Shown: piece by piece, positions 20,549-30,543 of the stretch | Layout of the letters: the number at the start of each line of letters is the position of its first letter | Numbering within the stretch: position 1 is the first letter of the stretch | DNA from: a virus | Taxonomy: Duplodnaviria > Caudoviricetes | Reading direction: 5' to 3' (one strand) | Length of the DNA stretch: 64,000 nt | Virus record (IMG/VR): IMGVR_UViG_3300035515_000417 | Location: 23,961-87,960 of that record | Translations under genes and position numbers: made by a program | Notes under the pieces: generated by a model | Seen by the model: only the letters and a program-made list of their open reading frames with translations | Told to the model about the DNA's origin: nothing | Databases searched by the model: none

Positions 20549-22435
20549 ATGGATTTTTCAAGAGGCATAGCAAATATGACAGACATAAGTCTTGGTGGTG
20601 TAGAAATAGCCACAGATTTTTTATCAAATCCTGATTTATATGAGCCAGAACTCACTGAAGTAAAGGCAGTCATATCAAAGAAAGATCCTAAACTTATAAG
20701 AAAAGGACCAAAGCCTATAAAGCCAAAAAAGACAAGGGAAAGTATAATGAGCAAGTTCAGTTTGGTACCACATGAAAAAGTAACAGTACAGACTGATGAA
20801 TATGTCGTAAATGATTTGGACATAGAGCAAGTAAATTTAGGGGTGGATGATGATTTTAATTTTGATGACTTTGATGATTTAATAGAGAAAGAAAAAGAAA
20901 TTGAACCAGCAAAGGTAAAAGAGTTAAGTTCAGAGGAGGATACAAGGAACTCAATAATGCTTGCTATAATGCAGGCTCAACAGAACAGCACTTCAGAGGA
21001 AGAGGAAACACCAGAGGAGGAAGAAAATCAGCAGCTCAGTAATGAGATAGACAATATATTTACAGATAATGTCTTTGAGGATGAAGATGAGCAATATGAC
21101 GAACCAGATGAAACACCAGAGGAGGAAGATGAGTCAGAAGAAAATATATTTGATGACATATTAGACGAAGCAGATAAGATAGAGGATAAGAAACCAGAAA
21201 CAATCCAAAAAGAGCCAGTGCAGGAAGTAAAAGAGGAAACTAAATCAGACGAGGATGACTTTGGAATAGACATGAGTAGCTTATTTGAGGATGAGGAAGA
21301 CCCTGATGATTATGATGAGGACCAAGATGATTATGATGAAGACCAAGATGATTATGATGAAGACCCAGATATAGAAGAAAATATCAAACCAGAACAAAAA
21401 CCTTTACCAGAGATCAAAAAGGTGGAGCCAGTAAAACAGGAAAGAACAGTTGAGGATGAACTGGATAACATATTAGGTGATGACGAAGACCCTGATGAAG
21501 AAGAGGATGAACTGGAAAATGGTTTAGATAGTTTGTTTGATGATGACTCTGACGATGACGAGTATGATGATGACAATGGGTCAATAAGCATACCACCACA
21601 ATCAAAAGTTGAGACAGTAAAAGTTGAAAAGACAGTTCCGACAGTAAATACTCAACCAGTTAAAACTCCAGTCACAGACGAGGAAGAGTCAGACAATGAG
21701 GATGATTTCAATAGTTTGTTTGATAGCGAGGATATGCAAGGATTATTTGATGATGGTGACCCTGATGAAGAAGGACTAGAAGATGAGATAGAAATACCAA
21801 CAGAAGTTCCTAAATATACACCACCTCAAAAGGTAAATACACCAACTAGTTCACAATCAACACCAGTTACACAGCCACCAGTTCAACAGACACCACAGTC
21901 ACAGATTGTACAACCAGTAACAGATATACTACAAGAGAAAGATAAAGAAATAGCAGAGTATAAAGCACAACAGGCAGTAATGCAAAAACAAATGCTAGAT
22001 ATGCAGAAAATGATGCTTGAGATGCAGAAACAAATGCTTAGTAATAAACAAGAGGGTTCTGTAAAAGATGCAGTTGATTTAGAGGGTAAATATAAAGAAA
22101 ATATTAATAGACCTAAAAAAGATGTTAATATTGAAACTAGTGAGAAAATTGCTAGAGCAAAGAAATTAAAAGAAGAATCTGTTAAAAAAGTAGCAAAAGC
22201 AGTTGCAGTTAAAGAGGAGGCAAAACCAAAGATAGATAACATAGCAAGATATAATGAGATGCCAGTTGAAAAATTATATGCAGAGGTAAGAAGCACCATG
22301 ACAAAGTTAGGTGTAAATAAGAAACTTGTGGATATAAATACATTAAATGAAAAATTCGGCGAGGCAAATATAAGGAAACTCATTCAAAAAAGTTATCTTA
22401 TCAAGATTGGTAAAAATATAACTGCTGCAAAATAG
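20549..22435 (+). CDS. Highly acidic low-complexity protein with coiled coil and small basic C-terminal domain
   Basis: About 350 aa D/E/F-rich, then a P/Q/T linker, a Q/M coiled coil (QKQMLDMQKMMLEMQKQM) and a ~60-aa globular C-terminus. RBS AAGGAG. Confidence 0.7.
   Translation: MDFSRGIANMTDISLGGVEIATDFLSNPDLYEPELTEVKAVISKKDPKLIRKGPKPIKPKKTRESIMSKFSLVPHEKVTVQTDEYVVNDLDIEQVNLGVDDDFNFDDFDDLIEKEKEIEPAKVKELSSEEDTRNSIMLAIMQAQQNSTSEEEETPEEEENQQLSNEIDNIFTDNVFEDEDEQYDEPDETPEEEDESEENIFDDILDEADKIEDKKPETIQKEPVQEVKEETKSDEDDFGIDMSSLFEDEEDPDDYDEDQDDYDEDQDDYDEDPDIEENIKPEQKPLPEIKKVEPVKQERTVEDELDNILGDDEDPDEEEDELENGLDSLFDDDSDDDEYDDDNGSISIPPQSKVETVKVEKTVPTVNTQPVKTPVTDEEESDNEDDFNSLFDSEDMQGLFDDGDPDEEGLEDEIEIPTEVPKYTPPQKVNTPTSSQSTPVTQPPVQQTPQSQIVQPVTDILQEKDKEIAEYKAQQAVMQKQMLDMQKMMLEMQKQMLSNKQEGSVKDAVDLEGKYKENINRPKKDVNIETSEKIARAKKLKEESVKKVAKAVAVKEEAKPKIDNIARYNEMPVEKLYAEVRSTMTKLGVNKKLVDINTLNEKFGEANIRKLIQKSYLIKIGKNITAAK
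21305..21367 (+). repeat. 21-bp tandem repeat, three copies (DDYDEDQ)
   Basis: GATGATTATGATGARGACCMA at 21305, 21326 and 21347, in frame within the acidic protein. Confidence 0.9.
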
Positions 22436-22465
22436 AGAATAGGAAAGGAAGGTACAGTTAGTACA

Positions 22466-24739
22466 ATGAAAAAGAAAAAGGCACTAAAACTTATAGCATT
22501 GGTAACTGCAATGAGTTTATTAGGTACTGGATGTGGTTCAGTAGTTGGTGAAGATGTAGCTTCATACCAATTGGACTCACCACTTACAAGACAAGAGGTA
22601 ATTGATTATTATGCAAAGGCATTAGACTATGATGCAGTAATATCAAAGAATGTAACAGTACATGAAACTGAATATGTCACTCAAGATATAGAGGGAGAAA
22701 AGGCAGAAAGACTTAAATCATTGACAGAACAATGTGAAGCAATATTAGGTCAAAAGACTTATGAACTTACAGAGGATACAAAGAAGCTGGTATCCGAGGA
22801 TACATTTAACTATATTAAGGTTACACTTGATAATGATACTTTGAGCAATGGTAAAATTCAGAGTATCACAGGTGCATTAGGATATTACTTTGTAGATGTA
22901 ACATATGATGTAAGCCCAAGTGTGATAGGTCAGTTTAATAGCTTAGCAAGTTTCTCAGGAATAAATGGTATATACTATAGTCATTATGATGGTTCATATT
23001 CATTAGATGATTCATACGTTGAGTATATAGTAGAAAAGCTTAATGATTATTTTAATGAGAATAAGATATTAAAGAATGCTGTTTATAATGATGAGTCAAA
23101 GTTGTTTGAGATACAAGAGGGTGTCAAGCCAGATGTCAAGACTAAAACAGTTGAAAATGTGTCCAACTTAACATCGGATGGTGATAACTATGAGGATGAT
23201 TGGTTCACAGATGATTATACAACAACTACATCAGATGATACTGAATACTTTGAGGGTGATGATGAGGTACTTAATCTTCCTGGTGATAGCAATGAAGATA
23301 CAGAGGTGTCCACATTAGAGAATACAGAGCAGACAGATGATACATTTGGTGGAAATGATTCAGCATCGGACTTAGATTTCTTAGTAGATAATGAGTCAGG
23401 TGATACAGATGATACCACTTCAACAACTTCATCAGATGCAAGTACAAGCAGTGAGAGTGGTTATAAATCATTAAAGAACACAGATTCCAACACAGATGCA
23501 ATAGACCCAAGCAGACAGGTACAGTTTGATGCAGCTTTAGTAAATAAGGTAGCTGGTAGTTCAGTAAGACAGAGAGCTACAATACCAGATTTAGCCACAA
23601 TATACTCAATACCAGAGCCACAGGGTGAAATAAGTGGATACGGTATAGCAAATAGTGGTGGTGATGGAGTAAAGTACTTTGGATTGGACAGAGCAAATAT
23701 GCAGGGTACAGCCACTTTGAGATATGTGTTTAAAGATGATGTAAATGGAACAGGTGATATACTTGGTACTAACATTTACATGACAGAGGAAAACATTACA
23801 AATGGTATTACATCTTCAGATAATACAGTATTGTTACCAGAGTTCTTAAAGACGGAACTTGAGAAAGTGGTAGAAAGAGCAGACAGAGTAAATGCCAACT
23901 GTGACTTAGCGGGTATGTTAAGTGGTAGTATGTATCAGGATTTAGGCGTTGGTGTCTTAAGAAGTTTTAAAGACCAGTCAACTGGTGTAAATAAATACAT
24001 GTCAACTATAAGACAGATAATTGAAAGAAACACAACCTATAATGTTTATTTACTTGAACTTGAGACAACTACGATAGAGGGACCAAGAGATGTTGATTGC
24101 TATGGTACTTACAAAGATAAAGGATACATGGTAATTCAGCAGCAAGGAAATGAATTTGTTATCATGGATTATATAAGAATAAGCAGGTCAATGATTAGTG
24201 AGCCACCTATTAATCCAGATTCTACAATTCAAAAGAGACTAGTAGCACTTAACTTAGCAGGTGAAATTCCAGAGGATAGTAAGGAAGAAATAACAAGCTT
24301 GATGAGTGACCTTTATACAGCTGGTACAAATAGATTGTTAAGAGGTCCAAAGGATATAACAGTTAAGGGTGAAACAATAACACTTGAGAAAGGTTTGTAT
24401 GACTGTTTCCAAGATGACTCAGACATATTATCAACTACAGAACTTGAATATACAATGAGTAAGTTAACAAATGCATTAATTAAGCATGGTGCAGATGTAA
24501 GTTCAGTATATAGCGGTATAATATCTACATGGAATGGTGGATATGATAATCAGGCAGAGTTCACTACGGAAGAGTTGATAACATATAATGGTAGAGATGA
24601 TGCCTATTACATGGAAGTTTACTACTTAGTATCTAAGTTAAATGATAAGTGGGTAATTGATGAAAGAACAATCCTTGACGAGGAAGAAATCACAAATGCA
24701 GTAGATATACAGACTATCAAGGAAAGAGTTGGACAGTAA
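22466..24739 (+). CDS. Large lipoprotein, possibly with NTF2-like (VirB8/TcpC-like) domains
   Basis: Basic N-terminus, hydrophobic core and lipobox LGTGC. Domain ends resemble NTF2-like folds (YMVIQQQGNEFVIMDY; YYLVSKLNDKWVIDE). Acidic S/T/D linker. Confidence 0.6.
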   Translation: MKKKKALKLIALVTAMSLLGTGCGSVVGEDVASYQLDSPLTRQEVIDYYAKALDYDAVISKNVTVHETEYVTQDIEGEKAERLKSLTEQCEAILGQKTYELTEDTKKLVSEDTFNYIKVTLDNDTLSNGKIQSITGALGYYFVDVTYDVSPSVIGQFNSLASFSGINGIYYSHYDGSYSLDDSYVEYIVEKLNDYFNENKILKNAVYNDESKLFEIQEGVKPDVKTKTVENVSNLTSDGDNYEDDWFTDDYTTTTSDDTEYFEGDDEVLNLPGDSNEDTEVSTLENTEQTDDTFGGNDSASDLDFLVDNESGDTDDTTSTTSSDASTSSESGYKSLKNTDSNTDAIDPSRQVQFDAALVNKVAGSSVRQRATIPDLATIYSIPEPQGEISGYGIANSGGDGVKYFGLDRANMQGTATLRYVFKDDVNGTGDILGTNIYMTEENITNGITSSDNTVLLPEFLKTELEKVVERADRVNANCDLAGMLSGSMYQDLGVGVLRSFKDQSTGVNKYMSTIRQIIERNTTYNVYLLELETTTIEGPRDVDCYGTYKDKGYMVIQQQGNEFVIMDYIRISRSMISEPPINPDSTIQKRLVALNLAGEIPEDSKEEITSLMSDLYTAGTNRLLRGPKDITVKGETITLEKGLYDCFQDDSDILSTTELEYTMSKLTNALIKHGADVSSVYSGIISTWNGGYDNQAEFTTEELITYNGRDDAYYMEVYYLVSKLNDKWVIDERTILDEEEITNAVDIQTIKERVGQ

Positions 24740-24807
24740 ATCAGAGTGAAAGCTCAAGAAAAATTAAAATAGCTTACAAGAGCCTCCTTAGTTCAATGTT
24801 ATAGTGG

Positions 24808-24845
24808 AAGGGCTTCCAGTAAAATGGAAGTCCTTTTACATTTTA
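24808..24845 (+). terminator. Intrinsic terminator closing the T4SS-like block
   Basis: AAGGGCTTCCA-GTAAAA-TGGAAGTCCTT followed by TTACATTTT. Confidence 0.7.
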
Positions 24846-24860
24846 AGGATACTAAGAAAA

Positions 24861-24908
24861 TAGCATAAATATATAAGAGGTATATTTTTATTTATTTAAT
24901 TAAATTTT
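24861..24908 (+). promoter_or_regulatory. Recurrent element-specific upstream motif (TAGCAT...GGTATATTT...TTAATT)
   Basis: TAGCATAAATATATAAGAGGTATATTTTTATT; near-identical copies at 35700 and 61114. Confidence 0.55.
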
Positions 24909-24962
24909 GGTTAAAAGTATGTGTAACAGTGAGAAATTTAAGTAAGAAAGGAAGAAAAATAA

Positions 24963-26594
24963 ATGGCAGTGAGAAACCCTACAATGTGGCATGATATGTA
25001 CATTGGACAAATGAGTGAGCCACAGGCAAAACTTATAATGCAGACAAGAGAATCCAAGGTGATACCAAACTTAAAGAAAATGATATTTAATTTTCCATAT
25101 GAGCTAATAACAAAGAGCTTAGAGGAGGAAATAAGTATCAGAGAGATAATAAAGAGAGACAATATAGATTATACACAGTACATTGGAGAATTAAGAGATT
25201 ATCAGACAGTAGGAACAGCTTTCATGTATTTAAGTCCAAGAAGCATAATAGCAGATGGTGTAGGATTGGGAAAAACAGCAGAAACAGCTGCATTGATAAA
25301 CTATCTTAAGCAAAAGAATGAGATAACACGATTTTTAATGGCTGTTGAAACCAGTGCAATTGCCCAGACAGTGGCTGAAATAACTAGGTTTACTGGTTTA
25401 AGGGTGGTTGCAATGCCATCAGAGGCACCTAAGATTAAGAAAGTCATTGAGAAAACAGACTGGACAAAGGTGGATGGAATAGTAATAAAGCATAGTACAT
25501 TAAGAAGTGACCCGTTCAGTAAATGGTTGGCTTTAAACTTAGACGAGCAGGGAAGGTGTAAGATATTTAATACATTTTTCTTGGATGAGAGTTCAGTAAT
25601 TAAAAATCAGAATACAAAGATGTTTGATTATACAAAGAATATATGTCATATAGTAGAAAGAGTACATCTGATGAATGCAACTGCATTTGAAACTTCCATA
25701 ATTGACATATATAACCAATGTGAAATGATGAACGAAGTGTTGATGCCAAAGAAATGGCGTATAGAACAAGCTTATTGTACATATCAAAATGTAAGTTACT
25801 GGACGAAAGATAAAACTACAGGTAAGGCAAAGATAAATTTCAAGAGGGATAGGTCAGGATACAAGAACCAGAAAGCCTTCAAGGATAGTTTGCAGTTGGT
25901 TTACTTTGGAAGATGCAAGAAAGACATAGGAATGGATATACCACATGTGTATAAAGTATATGAGGTTGAACCAACAAATGAAATGTCATTGGCTTTGTCA
26001 AAAGGTTACAGATATAATGAATTATTAAATTGTCCATCATTAATAGATGACCTTAACATATCAATGGATAGACAGAGTGTACCAAAGCTTAACAGACTGT
26101 GTGAACTGGTAGAGAATGAATTTGCAGATGAAAGCATAATGGTTTATTGTTTCCACATAGAAGCACAGAAAGCCATAGCAGCTGAAATGGAAAAGATAGG
26201 AAGGAAACCAGTCATTCTAAATGGTAGTTGTACAGATGATGAGAGATTTGAGGCACAGAGAGGATTTAATGAGGGAAAATATGACATAATAATAACCAAC
26301 ATTAAAAAGTCCTTAAATCTCTATGGAGGAAATGTATGTATCTTCTATTCAATGGAGACTAACATAGCAAAAATGGAACAGATAAGGGGAAGGATAGATA
26401 GAAACGTGGATAATTCAATAAAGACTTTTGTAATGTTGTTATACAAAGGTACAGATGAATATAACTTCTTCTCTACTGTAGTATGTCAGAGAGCAAAAGA
26501 TGCCAGAGACCTTACAATAGATGCAGAAACAGCAGCAGATTTCTTTAAACAAGCCTTAGAGGCAGATGAGCTTCAGGAATTAAAAGAAGTTTAG
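24963..26594 (+). CDS. SNF2-like superfamily 2 helicase/ATPase
   Basis: LRDYQ Q-motif, IIADGVGLGKT, FFLDESSVIKN (DExx variant), LMNAT, LNGS, GLN-like SLNL, motif VI QIRGRIDR. Confidence 0.85.
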   Translation: MAVRNPTMWHDMYIGQMSEPQAKLIMQTRESKVIPNLKKMIFNFPYELITKSLEEEISIREIIKRDNIDYTQYIGELRDYQTVGTAFMYLSPRSIIADGVGLGKTAETAALINYLKQKNEITRFLMAVETSAIAQTVAEITRFTGLRVVAMPSEAPKIKKVIEKTDWTKVDGIVIKHSTLRSDPFSKWLALNLDEQGRCKIFNTFFLDESSVIKNQNTKMFDYTKNICHIVERVHLMNATAFETSIIDIYNQCEMMNEVLMPKKWRIEQAYCTYQNVSYWTKDKTTGKAKINFKRDRSGYKNQKAFKDSLQLVYFGRCKKDIGMDIPHVYKVYEVEPTNEMSLALSKGYRYNELLNCPSLIDDLNISMDRQSVPKLNRLCELVENEFADESIMVYCFHIEAQKAIAAEMEKIGRKPVILNGSCTDDERFEAQRGFNEGKYDIIITNIKKSLNLYGGNVCIFYSMETNIAKMEQIRGRIDRNVDNSIKTFVMLLYKGTDEYNFFSTVVCQRAKDARDLTIDAETAADFFKQALEADELQELKEV

Positions 26595-26705
26595 ATTTAA
26601 AGAATAGATACAAACTTAAAATAATAATTTCTATTTTTTAGGCATTAGATTAATAGGGAATTAAATTTTTAAGAAAATAAAAAGAAAGAAAGGAAATTAA
26701 AGGAC

Positions 26706-27494
26706 ATGAAAAGAAAAGTAATAAGCTTAATAACAATATTGAGTATCAGTGCTAGTTTATTAGTTGGTTGTGGAAGTGCTACTAATGCGGACGGAACCAC
26801 AGACATTAGTAAATTAAGTAAATCAGCTTTATTAGAGAAATACAATGAGTTAGCAAATAATTACAATGGATTAAGTACACAGTACACTGAAATGTATAAT
26901 ATGTATCAGGCATTGACTACAGAGGAACAGCCAAGTTCAGCAATATCAGTGGTTGGTGATGGAACAGGTAGATACACCTTTAACTCAGTAGATGCTAAGA
27001 TGATATTTCCATCAAGTTTCCAATACCCGTCAGCAGAGACAATACAGTCAAATGGAAGTATTAACATAGTGCAGAATGTGCAGGTATCACCTGGAAGTAA
27101 TTGGATATTTAAAATGAATGGAACTACATTGGAACTTGAACATACCAGTGGTATATCAGGTACAATTAAAGCTTCAGGTGTTACAACTCAATATGATAAG
27201 ACACAGTTGAAAGATGAGGTTTTGTCACAGTGGTTTGTAAATGTGCCAGATGCAAAACCAGTATATAAGGATATATTTATTGACCAGACAATGTTTGGTG
27301 TACAGGCTACGACACCAATTATGATTGATAGTGAAAATGCATTTTTAAGGTGTGGAATGCTAGCTTATGGTGATTATGCAATAACTTATGTGTTTGTTTA
27401 CAGAGGTGAACAAGATGTAACAAAAGATGAGAGCATAACGAATGTATTAAATACAATAAAGATTATGGGGGCAGAGTTCCAAGTAGAGGACTAG
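26706..27494 (+). CDS. Lipoprotein with short coiled coil
   Basis: MKRK start, hydrophobic core and lipobox LLVGC. Heptads KYNELANNYNGLSTQYTEMYNMY. Confidence 0.7.
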   Translation: MKRKVISLITILSISASLLVGCGSATNADGTTDISKLSKSALLEKYNELANNYNGLSTQYTEMYNMYQALTTEEQPSSAISVVGDGTGRYTFNSVDAKMIFPSSFQYPSAETIQSNGSINIVQNVQVSPGSNWIFKMNGTTLELEHTSGISGTIKASGVTTQYDKTQLKDEVLSQWFVNVPDAKPVYKDIFIDQTMFGVQATTPIMIDSENAFLRCGMLAYGDYAITYVFVYRGEQDVTKDESITNVLNTIKIMGAEFQVED

Positions 27495-27545
27495 AGAGTT
27501 CCAAGTGGTGCAAGAAGATTAAAGGAAAAGGAAAGATAAAATAAT

Positions 27546-28466
27546 ATGATTGACATTGATGACGCTCTGGATAACTTAGATGTGGATAATAGTAAAATAA
27601 TAATAGAAGCCAATAAGTTTGGATTTAGTACACAGAAAATTGAAAAACAACATAAAATATATTATGGATTGACAGAAGCTGATAGAGAATTAGCAGTGTA
27701 TGAAAACCTAATACCAAAGGCTTATAAAAATGCAACATTCGATATAGATAGGATAAAAGAGAATTTGCAAAACCAGTACAAGAGATTTAATGGTGCATAC
27801 AAGATATACAGATTGAGTGATTACACACAGGTTTGTACAGAAGTCCTTAGTAATATACGAATGAAACATTTACCAAAGAGAAGTTACCTGATAGGTGCTC
27901 CGAATGGGTTTGGAAAATCCAGTTTTGTATATGAGGCATTGATAACATTAAGAAAGCATAACTTTAAGGTAGTCCCGTATATTTCATTATGGGAATTGGC
28001 ACAGTTAAGAGTTGATAATGAACAAAGGTTAATGAATCCATACAAAACATTTAAAGATGACAGAACAAATTATAGTTATACAGAGCCAAATAAGATAGTA
28101 GGATATATGAAAAAGCCAGAGGTTGTGACTGGAAGGTATTCATACAGTGAATATATAAATGCTGACTGTTTGTTTGTAAGTTTTACAGATGTAATAAGTA
28201 AGGATATAGAGTCACATACATTATATCAATTATTGAACATCAGAGGTTCAAAAGGGTTACCAACAATAGTTACCATATCTACATCATTGGAACCCTATGA
28301 AAATGATAAAGTGTTAAGAGAGCAGGTATGGGATGAAATAAAGGCAGACAAGGAAGAGAGAAGCCTGTATGATAGAGTCTATCATATATCTTGTTATAAG
28401 AGAAGGAACATGGGACTTGAGAATAAAGATGAAATAATTGACAGTGAAACTGGTATAGTACATTAA
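27546..28466 (+). CDS. DnaC/IstB-like P-loop ATPase (helicase-loader-like) with degenerate Walker B
   Basis: IPKAYKNATFD motif typical of DnaC/IstB N-region, Walker A GAPNGFGKSS, ADCLFVSFTD in place of DLLIIDD, LLNIRG..GLPTIVTIS. Confidence 0.6.
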   Translation: MIDIDDALDNLDVDNSKIIIEANKFGFSTQKIEKQHKIYYGLTEADRELAVYENLIPKAYKNATFDIDRIKENLQNQYKRFNGAYKIYRLSDYTQVCTEVLSNIRMKHLPKRSYLIGAPNGFGKSSFVYEALITLRKHNFKVVPYISLWELAQLRVDNEQRLMNPYKTFKDDRTNYSYTEPNKIVGYMKKPEVVTGRYSYSEYINADCLFVSFTDVISKDIESHTLYQLLNIRGSKGLPTIVTISTSLEPYENDKVLREQVWDEIKADKEERSLYDRVYHISCYKRRNMGLENKDEIIDSETGIVH

Positions 28467-28491
28467 GAATAAAAACAAGAGGCAATTAAAA

Positions 28492-28806
28492 ATGATTAAT
28501 AGACACGAACATGTAAAATGTGACTGGTGTGGTAAAAAGTCAGAGCTTGGTGAATGGAATGACCTGACATACAGTAGATGTAGAAATCGTGAAATGAAAA
28601 GAGCATTTACACAATTAACTGAAGAAAGAGCATTTTTTAAAAAGTCTGATACATTTTATGAATGTCCTGTATGTCATAAATGGAGTAGAGGTTGTCAACT
28701 AAGAATAGTGGACACAGACAATCCAAAGTTGCTAAGGCTTGGTGGAGAATCAAGAATGTCAGCTAAAGAAGCTTCAGACGATGAGCTTGATGATGAAGAC
28801 GATTAA
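28492..28806 (+). CDS. Small zinc-finger protein
   Basis: CDWCG and CPVCHKW CxxC pairs; acidic C-terminal tail. Confidence 0.65.
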   Translation: MINRHEHVKCDWCGKKSELGEWNDLTYSRCRNREMKRAFTQLTEERAFFKKSDTFYECPVCHKWSRGCQLRIVDTDNPKLLRLGGESRMSAKEASDDELDDEDD

Positions 28807-28854
28807 AGCTTAAAAGAGGACAGAATAGAGTTTAAATAAGATGCAAAAGAAATA

Positions 28855-28900
28855 AAGAGGTAGCTAGTTGGATAAGAGAATGAACTAGTTACTTCTTTTA
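28855..28900 (+). terminator. Intrinsic terminator whose arms contain A(A/G)CTAGTT
   Basis: AAGAGGTAGCTAGTT...AACTAGTTACTTCTT (G-U pairs allowed) followed by TTT. Confidence 0.55.
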
Positions 28901-29079
28901 AATACTAAAAATGAATACCTAACTAGTTCGAAATATACAGAAACTAGTTGAGAGTTTGTTAAAGACAATCAAATAAAAATAAATTTACACGAGGGGGTTA
29001 TTTTTAGGGGTACATTGTTTGATGCATTAAATTTATTAAGGGGTAATTTATTTTTAGTAAAAAGGAAGTGAAATTTCAC

Positions 29080-30006
29080 ATGATTAACAATAATATTTTA
29101 TACAAAGCAACGGGTAGATACATGGACGGTCAAAAACTAGTGGGATATCATTTGGTTGGTGAGGATGGAAGTCAGTCACAAGAGAATAAAGAGCGAGTAA
29201 AATTTTTGATAAGTCAAGGTATTATTGTGAATATGCGATTACAGACTGGTGAGAACGGTGAGCAGATTATAAGAGGCAAGGGTGTAAATTTGAATAACTT
29301 ACCAGTTTATGATATAGGAAAGCAGAGTTTTAGAAGTGACAGTAATTCACAATCAGCAGCCAGTAGTAAGGTATCAGTAAAGAAAAGTCAAGTGTCAGAC
29401 ATTAATTTGATGGGACAGTACAAATTGACTAAGAGGATAATGTTGAATGGCAAGTGTATTGGATATGAGATACAGGATTATAGCGGAGCAACTCAGTGGA
29501 AAAATAATAATGAGATAAAGAAATTAGCATACCAAAGATTGATAAACAATGCAGTTGTGAATAAGTACAGAAATGAGGCTGGTGAGGAAGTAATAAAATT
29601 AAGGGGTGTAGGAACGGATTTAGCCAGTCTACCTATATTAATTGTGACTGAACAAGGTAAAGTAGTTGACCCATCAGTGGAGGCCTCAAGGTTTAGTGTA
29701 AGAGCTGCTTATATGAAACATAGTGGTTTAATATATGACAATGCATCAAATGCAAGTGTGCCGTTTAAAACAGGTGATTTCATTGTATGTGAAGCAGATG
29801 GAAAGTTAGCAATAAAGTCACGCAGTGAAATGGAAAGATATTATACAATTGATACAGTGAGTGGAAGTGCAATTTGTGATGATTACTTTGTAAGGTCTAA
29901 TAGATACAGTGTAGAGATATTTGGTGGCTCAAAGGTCACATTGAATGCAAGTATGATAAAATCGTGGAAAATATTTAAACCAGAAAATAAACAGAGGATT
30001 CAGTAG
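29080..30006 (+). CDS. Hypothetical protein with two GY-domain repeats plus a C-terminal domain
   Basis: ATG 29080 after AAGGAAG. Repeat 1 YKATGRYMDGQKLVGYHL...IIRGKGVNLNNLP. Repeat 2 YKLTKRIMLNGKCIGYEI...KLRGVGTDLASLP. Confidence 0.75.
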   Translation: MINNNILYKATGRYMDGQKLVGYHLVGEDGSQSQENKERVKFLISQGIIVNMRLQTGENGEQIIRGKGVNLNNLPVYDIGKQSFRSDSNSQSAASSKVSVKKSQVSDINLMGQYKLTKRIMLNGKCIGYEIQDYSGATQWKNNNEIKKLAYQRLINNAVVNKYRNEAGEEVIKLRGVGTDLASLPILIVTEQGKVVDPSVEASRFSVRAAYMKHSGLIYDNASNASVPFKTGDFIVCEADGKLAIKSRSEMERYYTIDTVSGSAICDDYFVRSNRYSVEIFGGSKVTLNASMIKSWKIFKPENKQRIQ

Positions 30007-30060
30007 GATTTCTGTACAGATAAATTAATGTCCCTTTATCGTAAATATAAACTTTTAAAA

Positions 30061-30116
30061 ATCAAGAGGAATGTCATTTAATGAAAAAGTTGAATGCATT
30101 CCTCTTGATTTTTTTG
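30061..30116 (+). terminator. Intrinsic terminator
   Basis: ATCAAGAGGAATG...CATTCCTCTTGAT followed by a T run. Confidence 0.8.
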
Positions 30117-30543
30117 ATACATAATCAGAGAGACAGAGATGAAAAACAGGTATGCAGGGAGGGTAAAATCAGCAATATTTACAAAACGGAATCCTGAATG
30201 ATTTGAGTGTCATTAAACAAAAAGACTTAAACAGACTTTCAAAAAATCTTGAATGCATAGGAGGAATTTTAGGTAGAACTAGTGAGAAAAATTGGTATGC
30301 ATTTGGGGAACAAGTGTTTGTGTAAAAATGGGTTGAATTTTGGAAGTAAATTTGATAGGATAGTGGGTGGGAAAGGGGGAAATTGGATTGGGTGTAACGG
30401 TGTGGAAATTTACTATTGTATATCTAGTGGGAAAAATTGGGTTGAAAAGCACCAGACAAACCAGATTTAAGTGAAGCACCGAGCACAAATCATGGTACAA
30501 TTTCCAGTATGTAGTTTAATGGAATGGGAGTGGCGGTAAGTAT

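Noticed and set aside
21305-21367. Short tandem repeats as a possible CRISPR array or iterons
   Set aside because: No spacers; the 21-bp and 72-bp periods are in frame within acidic coding regions.
27473-27507. 12-bp direct repeat AGAGTTCCAAGT at the end of the lipoprotein gene
   Set aside because: Only two short copies with no associated mobile element; likely a local duplication.
28921-28935. GTTCGAA as a possible tRNA T-loop
   Set aside because: No cloverleaf or acceptor stem can be formed around it.
30282-30470. 62-aa + strand ORF in the G-rich gap
   Set aside because: GTG start about 17 nt from the nearest SD, atypical composition, no motif; probably non-coding.
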